A stretch of DNA of 10,063 bases from Candidatus Thorarchaeota archaeon (lineage in GTDB: Archaea > Asgardarchaeota > Thorarchaeia > Thorarchaeales > Thorarchaeaceae), in NCBI GenBank assembly GCA_029858305.1, contig JAOUFI010000085.1, forward strand, positions 1 to 10,063. Reading direction: 5' to 3'. Of this stretch, positions 1 through 7,939 are shown one piece after another (within the stretch, counting starts at the first letter, position 1; each line of letters opens with the position of its first letter). A model generated the notes under the pieces. That model was not told the DNA's origin. It saw nothing but the letters and a program-made list of their open reading frames with translations, and ran no database searches. The translations under genes were made by a program, and so were the position numbers.

Positions 1-765
1 ATCAACATTGCTCTAATGTTTATTGTTATGCTTCCACTCACCATAATTCTGACTATATTGACAATGTGGTATATGTTGAGGAAATTCAGTACCGAGTTTG
101 ATGATAACATAGAGCGAGATATGACAGACCTTTTCGCTATTAATCCAAATGTCGCTATTAGATCAAAACAAGACCTTGCAGTTTCTTCAATTGGGATGGC
201 TGTCCTCATTATTGGTCTCATTATTCTTCCCCAACAAGCGGCAATGCTTGCGCTCATAATAGCTGGAGCTCTTCTCGTGTTTTCAAGAGATAGGGCAAAG
301 GAACTCTTGCGCCGCCTGTCTTGGGACACAGTATTCTTTTTGATGGGAATTATGGGAATCGTGCAAGGTCTTGTCCTTACAGATATCATCGCAGGTCTCG
401 CAGCAGGTCTTCAGTGGCTTTCGGAAGCCAGTGTTTTGATTGCAATTGTTTTAATGGTGATGGTACCAGGTGGATTAATGGCACCGATGGATGCAAAAGC
501 AGTTGGTATTCTGCTAGCTCCAGCGGCAAAGGACCTCAAAGAAATTAATTCAATGATTCCGCTAGCTCTAATTGCTGGCACAAATGCTGGAAGTTACGTT
601 GTACCTTTTGGAGATGCGCCAAATATGGTAGTGGTTTCGATATCGGAGAAAAACCTCAAACCATTGAGCTGGGCAGAATTCAACAAGACAGTAATACCCC
701 TTGGTCTACTGCATTTGGTCATTATAACAGTATATTTTGGAATTCTCTCTTTATTCTTACTCTAG
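1..765 (+). CDS. ArsB/NhaD (IT superfamily, SLC13/citrate-transporter-like) membrane permease, 5'-truncated
   Basis: Frame 1 is open from base 1 (atc aac att gct cta atg), so the ATG at 16 is probably internal. Many hydrophobic segments. 'LRRLSWDTVFFLMG' and 'GTNAGSYVVPFGDAPNMVV' resemble the family's 'W.TL.FF.G' and 'N.GG..T..G...N' motifs. Stop TAG at 763-765. Confidence 0.8.
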   Translation: MNIALMFIVMLPLTIILTILTMWYMLRKFSTEFDDNIERDMTDLFAINPNVAIRSKQDLAVSSIGMAVLIIGLIILPQQAAMLALIIAGALLVFSRDRAKELLRRLSWDTVFFLMGIMGIVQGLVLTDIIAGLAAGLQWLSEASVLIAIVLMVMVPGGLMAPMDAKAVGILLAPAAKDLKEINSMIPLALIAGTNAGSYVVPFGDAPNMVVVSISEKNLKPLSWAEFNKTVIPLGLLHLVIITVYFGILSLFLL

Positions 766-2276
766 GATTTAACTCCTGTTTGGAACTGCTTCCTATCCTC
801 CCTGCAGATAATCTGGATAACATTTCTCCCACTATAGATGCAACCAGGGACACCGCCTCCAGGCAAAACCCACTGTCCAGCCATATAGAAATTATTAAGA
901 TTAGGCAATGTTCGTGGAAGTTGAGTCATGAGCGTATCCTTGGTCATCAACCAGCCCATAGGTGAACCCATATCATTCAGTGTATAGCGCCATGTTGTGT
1001 ACGGAGTTGCAACATCTACCATCTCAATCTCAGACGTGATGCCAGGATATAGAATCTCAAGTTGTCGAATCAACATCTCTGCAATTTGCCGTTTCTCTGC
1101 TTCGTAGGCCTCTCGATTCTTTCTAAGTTCATACCAATAATTCCAATCGGTTTCAAACATCGCTTGGATAACAGTTTTTCCTGCAGGGGCGAAATTTCTA
1201 CCATAATTAAAGACTCTTAATGGCAGGCAGAAGAAAGTCCTTGAACCTAGCCTAAAAGGCTCCTGCAGCAAAAACATGTTGAGCGGTGCGTCATCTTCAA
1301 ATGACCTAGATACTCCAAGACTTACCATCACCGTGGGATCAAACTTTTTCCATGTATCGTATATCTTCATGGTTCGATCATCAAGATATTTTCCTTCAAG
1401 AAGCCTGAAGATCGTGTTTCTGCCATCAGCTGTAGAAACAATCACATCTGCTCTATGTTCACTCCCATCCTCAAGGATTACTCCTTTTGCCTTGTTATTC
1501 TCAACTATTATTTTTATGACAGTCGAGTCGTATTGAATCTCACCTCCAAGAGATTCATACTTCTTAACAATCGGCTGGATAAATCCTGGACACCCATCTT
1601 TGAGCAAACCAAGTTGTCCGGCAGCTACTGTTGCAAGAATCATAATAACGAACCAGATTGGTCCATCAGGAGAGAACAGATTCTCAAACATGGTCTTCAT
1701 AAATCGACTCTTGAAACTTTGCGCGAAATGTTGAGCAGACCGGCTATACTTACCCATGAAATACTTCATGAATCCACGCATTTGCCACATCTCACTCAGG
1801 GAATCAAATCTACCTCTAAGCTCTGGAGGTTTCACACTCATTCCTAAATCAGTAAGCAGTGGAGAATCTTTCATCCACCTAACCTCTTTGATGAATTTCT
1901 GAATCTCTTCAGCATCATCTGGAGATATGTCAATTAAATCACGCTCAAGCTTATCCAAATTCTTTGTGAAGTTTACTATCTTATCACCAGTTTCATTAAC
2001 AAATCGAAGATAGGTTGTCATATCTACCACTGATTCAGGATCATTCGTGCCTATCTCTTGGTAGACATCACAAATTGGAGTGCCCGGTTTGTGTGCAATT
2101 AAGAAATGAATACCCCCGTCTATTAGATATTCACCTCGTTTCCAAGCAGCAGCGAGACCGCCAGCTTTCGAGTGGTGTTCAAAAATTCGACTCTCATACC
2201 CGTTTAACTGGGCATAGACACCAGTTGAGAGACCTGCGAGTCCTGCTCCGATGATGATAATCGATTTCACACCCAT
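762..2276 (-). CDS. FAD-dependent oxidoreductase, phytoene desaturase-like family (COG1233); substrate unknown
   Basis: N-terminal Rossmann motif IIIIGAGLAG, then 'FEHHSKAGGLAAAWKRGEYLIDGGIHF', 'ATPYT' and C-terminal 'NFYMAGQWVLPGGGVPGCIYSG'. Start moved from 2294 to the ATG at 2276 (MGVKSIII) because GAGGTG (SD-like, 2293-2287 region) lies about 10 nt upstream and this removes the overlap with the regulator. Confidence 0.88.
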   Translation of the reverse strand: MGVKSIIIIGAGLAGLSTGVYAQLNGYESRIFEHHSKAGGLAAAWKRGEYLIDGGIHFLIAHKPGTPICDVYQEIGTNDPESVVDMTTYLRFVNETGDKIVNFTKNLDKLERDLIDISPDDAEEIQKFIKEVRWMKDSPLLTDLGMSVKPPELRGRFDSLSEMWQMRGFMKYFMGKYSRSAQHFAQSFKSRFMKTMFENLFSPDGPIWFVIMILATVAAGQLGLLKDGCPGFIQPIVKKYESLGGEIQYDSTVIKIIVENNKAKGVILEDGSEHRADVIVSTADGRNTIFRLLEGKYLDDRTMKIYDTWKKFDPTVMVSLGVSRSFEDDAPLNMFLLQEPFRLGSRTFFCLPLRVFNYGRNFAPAGKTVIQAMFETDWNYWYELRKNREAYEAEKRQIAEMLIRQLEILYPGITSEIEMVDVATPYTTWRYTLNDMGSPMGWLMTKDTLMTQLPRTLPNLNNFYMAGQWVLPGGGVPGCIYSGRNVIQIICREDRKQFQTGVKS

Positions 2277-2283
2277 TCTGGTG

Positions 2284-2775
2284 TCACACCTCACTATCTT
2301 CAGATATTGCCTCCAGCAAATCTTCTACAGCATTGTTCCATACTCGAGCTACACTGATCTGATATGAGATAGCCCGCTCAAGATCAGCGTCCCCCTTCTG
2401 ATCTCTCAATGCTAAGTGCTCCATTTTTCTAATGAAATCCTGATTCACAACTATCAATTGTTGGAGCATTGATGCAACCAGACTAGAAGATGAGAGAAGA
2501 CGATACTTGTATCCAGTCTTTCTTGATCCTGCTCTCTCAATAACGCCATAGCCTTCTAGTATTTTGAGTGCCCTGTTCACGGATGAAACAGAAGTGGGGT
2601 ACTTTGATGCGGGAAACAACTCAGTCAGACGATCTGCAATGCCCCGTTGAGACCATTCTCTCGGTTCGAGAAGAAGAAGTCCCTCAATCCATCCACAATA
2701 ATCAGGATATCCATATTTTGTATATGATTCTCCAATTGTGCGTAGGAACTCAATTCGAAGTTTTTCAGACCCCAT
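2284..2775 (-). CDS. GbsR/MarR-family winged-helix transcriptional regulator (163 aa)
   Basis: 'FLRTIGESYTKYGYPDYCGWIEGLLLLEPREWSQRGIADRL...SVSSVNRALKILEGYGVIER' fits the GbsR-type pattern (G.P...G.I.G.L.L...S...IA..L..S.SSVS..L..L...G.V), followed by helical C-terminal segments. Start placed at the ATG at 2775 (MGSEKLR). The extension to 2862 reads through AT-rich promoter/operator DNA. Confidence 0.78.
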   Translation of the reverse strand: MGSEKLRIEFLRTIGESYTKYGYPDYCGWIEGLLLLEPREWSQRGIADRLTELFPASKYPTSVSSVNRALKILEGYGVIERAGSRKTGYKYRLLSSSSLVASMLQQLIVVNQDFIRKMEHLALRDQKGDADLERAISYQISVARVWNNAVEDLLEAISEDSEV

Positions 2776-2817
2776 CTTTTGATACCGAGTGATTATTGGG
2801 ACCTGAAAGAATATAGG

Positions 2818-2850
2818 TATTTCGAAATTTCGAAATTCTGAAATATTAAA
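2818..2850 (-). promoter_or_regulatory. Palindromic operator candidate plus TATA-like box for the regulator-oxidoreductase operon
   Basis: Perfect 18-bp palindrome ATTTCGAAATTTCGAAAT (2819-2836) within a 28-bp near-palindrome TATTTCGAAATTTCGAAATTCTGAAATA (2818-2845). Minus-strand TTTAATAT at 2850-2843 overlaps its edge. Confidence 0.65.
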
Positions 2851-2977
2851 TGCGATTCTCATGGAGGGATCGCAATTGGAGCAGTGTTTCGTTCCATGTT
2901 TTGGAATTTTGAGTCTCTAATGCAATTTGTCGCATAGAAAGATACAGTCAGCTGCAGAGGAAATGGATTGTCATAAC

Positions 2978-3020
2978 GATTAGTTGAAATGATGGAACTA
3001 ATCAAAAGAGAGCTTATAGT
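2978..3020 (+). promoter_or_regulatory. Inverted repeat upstream of a putative BRE/TATA promoter of the MFS gene
   Basis: GATTAGTT-N10-AACTAATC (2978-3003), then purine-rich AAAAGAGAG (3004-3012) and CTTATAGT (3013-3020), about 40 nt before the proposed start. Confidence 0.5.
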
Positions 3021-3057
3021 TGAATTTTCATAGAATCCATCGGAGGTGCCAATCCAA

Positions 3058-4563
3058 TTGGAGTTTCCGGTACATGAACAGCTCACCGATAGCGTGCTGA
3101 AAAAAGGTCTAGATGCAGTTGTCAGAGATGGAATCACATCTCAAATCAAAATGACCTTGACTGAGAGTATTTTCTTAATCGCCTTTGCAGTGGCATTAGG
3201 AGCCTCCAATGCTGTTATTGGTCTTATAGCAGCCATTCCTCCACTTGCACAACTACTTCAAATACCATCAATCATATTGGTGCAAAAGACGAAAATTCGC
3301 CGCAGAATTTGTGTAATCTCGTCTGCGTTAAGCCGATTGTCGATTCTCATCATGGTCTTTATTCCCCTACTTTCTCCAGGATTGTCAGGCCTTCTGCTAC
3401 TTCTTATTGGGGTCACTAGCCACGCTATCTTTAATGCAATCTCTGTTGCTGCATGGAACTCGTGGATGAAAGATCTAATTCCACAAGAGATTCTGGGTCG
3501 CTTTTTCTCAAAACGTTTGGCTGTTCAAGCACTTGTAGGTATCATTACCACGTTGAGTGCAGGAATTCTAATCGACCAGTGGCTGCAAAGTGATCCAACA
3601 ACTCTCAATCCTTACTCAGTGGTGTTTTTAATTGGCACTATATTTGGAATGATTGGCGTCTACTTCATATATACGATTCCCGAACCTCGCATGATAATTG
3701 AAGCTCTTAATCAGAGCTTCACTGATACACTTCGAAGTCCATTTCATAACGAAGATTTCCGTAGATTGATGGTTTTCTCAGCCTCTTGGAGTTTCGCTGT
3801 GACATTAGCTGGACCATTCTTTACAGTATATCTTCTTGAGGTACTAGGATATAATCTCTCAGTTGTTACAGGATTGTCAGTACTGACACAAGTGACAAGT
3901 ATGCTGTTCTACCAATGGTGGGGTCGACTTTCTGATAAATATAGCAATAAGACGGTCCTCAGTGTGACAACACCGGTCTATGTAATAGGAATCCTCCTTT
4001 GGATCTTTACAACTGTACCTGGGACACACATTTTCACCTTACCTCTTCTACTTCTGATACATGTGATACTTGGTTTATCAGTTGCAGCAGTCAATCTATC
4101 TCATGGCAACCTTGCTCTGAAGCTCGCACCACGGAACGAGAGTACATCATATCTTGCAGGGTGGAGTATTGTCAACTCCATTGCAGCTGTGTTAGCTCCC
4201 CTTTTCGGAGGCGTCATTGCAGATACTTTGTCTGATAGCTTCTTATCGTTTCATCTTGCTTGGCAAGGACTTGGACTTTCATTCGACCTGGGTCTAATTG
4301 ATATCCGAGGGCTGGATTTTGTCTTTCTCATATCATTCCTTGTAGGTCTTTATGCAATTCATCGATTAGCCATGGTCAAAGAGGCAGGCGAGGCAGACCA
4401 AAAAACAATCATTGATGCAATGGTAGCCCAAGCAGGGAGAGGACTGAGGAATCTATCCACCGTTGATGGATTGAGACACTCAATTGTCGCACCTTTGGCA
4501 AACGCTTTACGATCAGCGCGCAACCAGTCTGCATCTGCAGAAGCACATCAGGATGAAGAGTAG
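3058..4563 (+). CDS. Major facilitator superfamily transporter
   Basis: About 12 hydrophobic segments and MFS motif A in the second half (WGRLSDKYSNK), plus 'WNSWMKDLIPQEILGRFFSKR'. The GTG at 3046 is part of GGAGGTG (SD, 3042-3048). The in-frame TTG at 3058 lies 9 nt downstream of it and is the more likely start. Confidence 0.88.
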   Translation: MEFPVHEQLTDSVLKKGLDAVVRDGITSQIKMTLTESIFLIAFAVALGASNAVIGLIAAIPPLAQLLQIPSIILVQKTKIRRRICVISSALSRLSILIMVFIPLLSPGLSGLLLLLIGVTSHAIFNAISVAAWNSWMKDLIPQEILGRFFSKRLAVQALVGIITTLSAGILIDQWLQSDPTTLNPYSVVFLIGTIFGMIGVYFIYTIPEPRMIIEALNQSFTDTLRSPFHNEDFRRLMVFSASWSFAVTLAGPFFTVYLLEVLGYNLSVVTGLSVLTQVTSMLFYQWWGRLSDKYSNKTVLSVTTPVYVIGILLWIFTTVPGTHIFTLPLLLLIHVILGLSVAAVNLSHGNLALKLAPRNESTSYLAGWSIVNSIAAVLAPLFGGVIADTLSDSFLSFHLAWQGLGLSFDLGLIDIRGLDFVFLISFLVGLYAIHRLAMVKEAGEADQKTIIDAMVAQAGRGLRNLSTVDGLRHSIVAPLANALRSARNQSASAEAHQDEE

Positions 4564-4731
4564 CATCAATTAAGTTTGAAGCCAATTCGTTCTCGTTTGA
4601 GTCTCAATTCATATGATTCAGCCTAGACATCATAATCTAAGAGATTACTTTAGGACTTCAGGATTGAATAGTATCGCCAAATATGATGTTTGAGTATATT
4701 AGATTCTAAGGGTAATCAGAGATTCATAGTC

Positions 4732-4774
4732 TTTATGTATTAGTTTGCAAGTAAAAACGTAATAGGATAGGAGA
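4732..4774 (+). promoter_or_regulatory. Putative TATA-like box and ribosome-binding site of the fwd operon
   Basis: TTTATGTA at 4732-4739, about 38 nt before the ATG at 4778, and AGGAGA at 4769-4774. Confidence 0.4.
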
Positions 4775-4777
4775 ATC

Positions 4778-5635
4778 ATGACGGTGCTACTTTCGCTAAA
4801 ACAGGTCCCTAACATTCCTATCGAAGCAGATTCGATAACCCCTACTGCTTTTGCTGGAAAGACCCTAGCACAGATTGGGAAGCTTGTTGTGATGCAGGGA
4901 AGAAACTCTTGTGAGTTACGAGAATTCTTTGAAATAACAGGAGAGTCCGCTGATAGTGTAGAAGAAACCGAGATTGTTATCCGTGGAGATCTCCGAAAGG
5001 TGAAACAAATCGGTAAAGGCATGAACGGTGGCAGAATCAGGATTGAAGGAGATGTAGGAATGCATCTTGGTGCTGAGATGATTGCAGGCAGGATTACAGT
5101 TACTGGTTCTGTAGATGCTTATGCTGGTGCTGAGATGAGCGGTGGCAATATCCAGATAGAAGGTAATGCTGGCGATTATCTATGCGCTGGTTACCGAGGC
5201 AGTCCTGATGGTATGAAGGGCGGCAGAGTGTTTATTGCAGGAAACGTCGGAAACGAGATGGCTTTGCATATGCGCAAAGGTTTCATTGCAGTCAAAGGAA
5301 ATGTAGGTGCAATGGCAGCTACTCGAATGAAAGGGGGATCTATCATCGTGTGTGGTGAGTTAGGCCCTAGGGCTTGTATTGAAGCAACTAAGGGTATGCT
5401 CTTTGCGCTTGGCAAAGTTAGTTCATTGCCACCCACATTCAAATACAGTGGAAGCTCAGAGCGAGAGTTTACGGGATATTACATCCGATATCTGAAGTCT
5501 CGGAGACCTGATTTCCTCCAATCAGATATTTCACCCTCCGAAAAGTGGGCTAAATTTATTGGAGACTTTGCTGAGGCTGAGTCAAAAATGGAAATCTACA
5601 CCAGATTGGTTCTAAATTCACATCTAGCGAGTTGA
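4778..5635 (+). CDS. fwdC: Formylmethanofuran dehydrogenase subunit C (GXGXG beta-helix)
   Basis: 'PIEADSITP', 'VKQIGKGMNGGRIRIEGDVGMHLGAEM', repeated G..M.GG.I.I.G units, 'AGYRGSPDGMKGG' and 'LPPTFKY'. Operon context agrees. Confidence 0.95.
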   Translation: MTVLLSLKQVPNIPIEADSITPTAFAGKTLAQIGKLVVMQGRNSCELREFFEITGESADSVEETEIVIRGDLRKVKQIGKGMNGGRIRIEGDVGMHLGAEMIAGRITVTGSVDAYAGAEMSGGNIQIEGNAGDYLCAGYRGSPDGMKGGRVFIAGNVGNEMALHMRKGFIAVKGNVGAMAATRMKGGSIIVCGELGPRACIEATKGMLFALGKVSSLPPTFKYSGSSEREFTGYYIRYLKSRRPDFLQSDISPSEKWAKFIGDFAEAESKMEIYTRLVLNSHLAS

Positions 5636-6588
5636 TGATTATGAGTTTGAATAAGGGAGCACTCAAGATTTTTGATGAAATGGTTGAACGGAGCAAGGAA
5701 TTAGAATGCGTGGTTTCGAAGCAATCCAACGGAACAACTATACTCGATACAGGTATTGAAGTGTCGGGTTCAAATGAAGCAGGGAGATTGGTTAGTGAGA
5801 TTTGTTTAGGTGGAGCTGGAAAAGTTACACTGACTAAAGTAACGATAGGGGACATTACCTTACCAGGTGTTTCAATAGAAACCAAGAAGGTCACTGAAGC
5901 GTGTCTCTGTTCACAGTATGCAGGATGGACCGTTCAAGTTGACAAATACTTTGCAATGGCTTCGGGTCCAGCAAGAGCATTGTCAAGAGTTGAGAAGCTC
6001 TACAAAGAATTAGGTTACAAAGAGGATTCAGATGTTGCAGTTGTTGTCTTGGAAACTCGTGAATTCCCTCCTGAGAATGTCACCAAGTTCATTGCAGATA
6101 AGTGTGGAATTCCCACTTCAGGACTGCATGTCGTTGTAGCGCCCACTGCTTGTCTGGTTGGTTCGGTTCAAATTTCAGCCAGAATTGTTGAAGTGGGTGT
6201 GCATAAGATGCACGAACTCAAATTCGATCCGTGGAAAATCAAGAAAGGCAAAGGTGTCGCTCCGATAGCCCCTATTGCCAAGAATGATAGCAAGGCAATG
6301 GGAGTCACTAATGACTGTATTCTGTTTACTGGAGACACATACTATGAGATCGAACCAGCTAAAGGAGATAACCTTGCAGAATTAGTCAAAAATGTTCCAT
6401 CATCGACTTCGGAGCAGTATGGAACACCATTCTATAAGTTGTTCAAAAGCGTGGGATTCGATTTCTATAAGGTTGATCCGCTTTTGTTCAGTCCAGCTAA
6501 AATAGCGATCAAGGACCTCAAGAGCGGAAAGGAGTATAGTGCGGGTAAGTTAGATCCCGATGTTCTGAAACTATCTCTAGAGTCTTAG
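5635..6588 (+). CDS. mch: Methenyltetrahydromethanopterin cyclohydrolase
   Basis: 'EICLGG', 'SQYAGW', 'FAMASGPARAL', 'APTACLVGSVQISARIVE' (catalytic R..E), 'AMGVTND' and 'FDFYKVDPLLFSPA'. Start is ambiguous: TTG 5632, ATG 5635 (TGATG overlap with the fwdC stop) or ATG 5641. Confidence 0.96.
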   Translation: MIMSLNKGALKIFDEMVERSKELECVVSKQSNGTTILDTGIEVSGSNEAGRLVSEICLGGAGKVTLTKVTIGDITLPGVSIETKKVTEACLCSQYAGWTVQVDKYFAMASGPARALSRVEKLYKELGYKEDSDVAVVVLETREFPPENVTKFIADKCGIPTSGLHVVVAPTACLVGSVQISARIVEVGVHKMHELKFDPWKIKKGKGVAPIAPIAKNDSKAMGVTNDCILFTGDTYYEIEPAKGDNLAELVKNVPSSTSEQYGTPFYKLFKSVGFDFYKVDPLLFSPAKIAIKDLKSGKEYSAGKLDPDVLKLSLES

Positions 6589-6614
6589 GAAAGGCTAGAA
6601 TAGGAGTTGAAAAA

Positions 6615-7511
6615 ATGGAGATCAATGGAGTACCTATCGATGACACATTTGCTGAAGCATTTAGTATGCATATGAACAGGACCATCATTACAGCATACGA
6701 TGAAGACTGGGCAAGAACTACTGCGCTTGAAACAACAGGATTTGCTACATCGGTCATTATGACCCCTTCTGAGGCAGGTATTGAATATATTCTCAAACCC
6801 GATGAAACTCCAGATGGTAGACCAGGAGTGAGAGTTATCTTTGCTACAGGTAGTAAGGATGGCATTCGGGAGCAACTTCTTGCTCGCTTAGGTCAATGTG
6901 TATTGACAAGTCCGACTGCCTGTGCATATGATGATACACCAGATGTAGCGGAAACATATCCTGTTGGTAAAATGATAGCTATGTTTGGAGATGGTCATCA
7001 AGTAAAGAAAGGGCCCATTGATGGACGCACCCTTTGGTTATTGCCCCGAATGAGTGGTACCTTTGTCATTCAGGAAAGCTTTGGCAGAACTAAGGGTGTC
7101 GCTGGTGGAAATATCATCTACTTCTGCAAAGATGTAGAGAGTGGAATGGCAAGTGGAAAAGCAGGAGTGAAAGCAATAGAGAAAGTAGAAGGAGCATATA
7201 CACCATTCCCCGGAGGTCTTGTCGGGTCAGGTTCGAAACCATCTTCACGATACAAAGTACTTCATGCATCTACAAACGAGAGATATTGCCCAACCATGAA
7301 AGGAATTGTCCCAGATACGTTTGTGCCAAAAGATTGTGATTTTGTTGTCGAGATTGTCATTAATGGTCTCACAGAGAAGGCAGTTGCTGAAGCGACAAAG
7401 GCGGCAATTCTAGAGGTATGTAAACACCCAGGTGTCATCAGAATATCTGCTGGTAATTTTGGAGGAGCACTTGGAAAATATAAGATACATCTTCACGAAC
7501 TTGGATTATAG
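6615..7511 (+). CDS. ftr: Formylmethanofuran:tetrahydromethanopterin formyltransferase
   Basis: 'MEINGVPIDDTFAEAF', 'TGFATSVI', 'EAGIE', 'TPDGRPG', 'GQCVLTSPT', 'GVAGGN', 'PFPGG', 'ASTN', 'EIVING' and 'ISAGNFGG'. AGGAG SD at 6602-6606. Confidence 0.97.
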   Translation: MEINGVPIDDTFAEAFSMHMNRTIITAYDEDWARTTALETTGFATSVIMTPSEAGIEYILKPDETPDGRPGVRVIFATGSKDGIREQLLARLGQCVLTSPTACAYDDTPDVAETYPVGKMIAMFGDGHQVKKGPIDGRTLWLLPRMSGTFVIQESFGRTKGVAGGNIIYFCKDVESGMASGKAGVKAIEKVEGAYTPFPGGLVGSGSKPSSRYKVLHASTNERYCPTMKGIVPDTFVPKDCDFVVEIVINGLTEKAVAEATKAAILEVCKHPGVIRISAGNFGGALGKYKIHLHELGL

Positions 7512-7534
7512 GAGGAACACGGAGAGAGACAACA

Positions 7535-7939
7535 ATGAGTAGTGGATCTGTTAAAGTCCGATTAGTATCTGGCAGGACATTAAGTCAAGGAAGAGCTATG
7601 GAGAAAGGTAAAATAACTCAAGAGTACGAGGATGCAGTAGCCATATGTGAACTGGGTTCCAAAACAATGGAAGCCCTCGGTATTGAGAATGGTGATATCA
7701 TCGTTGTGAAAGCAGCCCTAGGAAAGATCAATGTTAAGGCTAAACTTGACAAAAACCTCCAGGAAGGAATGGCATTCATTCCGTGTGGACCATATTTCAA
7801 TTACCTCCTAGATGCATATACACAATTAACTGGTATGCCAGGATTCAAGTCGTTAGAAGCAACAATCAATGCGGCACCTGGAGCTAAAATTCCGACTGTC
7901 AAAGAGATCACTCAAATGATGAAGGAGGGGGTCAAATGA
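7535..7939 (+). CDS. fwdD: Formylmethanofuran dehydrogenase subunit D (molybdopterin dinucleotide-binding domain)
   Basis: 'LVSGRTLSQG', 'EYEDAVAICEL', 'EGMAFIPCGPYFN' and 'TGMPGFK'. Sits directly upstream of fwdB with an ATGA overlap. Confidence 0.93.
   Translation: MSSGSVKVRLVSGRTLSQGRAMEKGKITQEYEDAVAICELGSKTMEALGIENGDIIVVKAALGKINVKAKLDKNLQEGMAFIPCGPYFNYLLDAYTQLTGMPGFKSLEATINAAPGAKIPTVKEITQMMKEGVK

Noticed and set aside
762-2276. Calling the oxidoreductase crtI
   Set aside because: Only family-level motifs are present and there are no carotenoid genes nearby.
2776-2862. 29-aa N-terminal extension of the regulator in the ORF track
   Set aside because: It reads through the palindromic operator and TATA-like sequence, and the family-like sequence begins at MGSEKLR.
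2859-3137. 92-aa minus-strand ORF in the divergent region
   Set aside because: Ser-rich with no recognisable motif. It overlaps the MFS start antisense and covers putative promoter elements.
4627-4705. Structured ncRNA or riboswitch upstream of fwdC (ACATCATA/TATGATGT, TAATCT-AAG-AGATTA, AATCTAA/TTAGATT)
   Set aside because: Stems are only 6-8 bp, AT-rich and mutually competing. I could not recognise a Moco/Wco riboswitch or other known fold. An Rfam/Infernal scan would settle it.
5020-5400. Repeated GG..ATG..GG motifs in fwdC as a DNA repeat array
   Set aside because: Explained by the GXGXG beta-helix protein repeats of FwdC.
5908-5930. Mch SQYAGW in place of SQKAGW as a sign of altered function
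   Set aside because: As I recall, Tyr at this position also occurs in functional Mch enzymes from methylotrophs and Methanosarcinales, and the catalytic R..E motif is intact.
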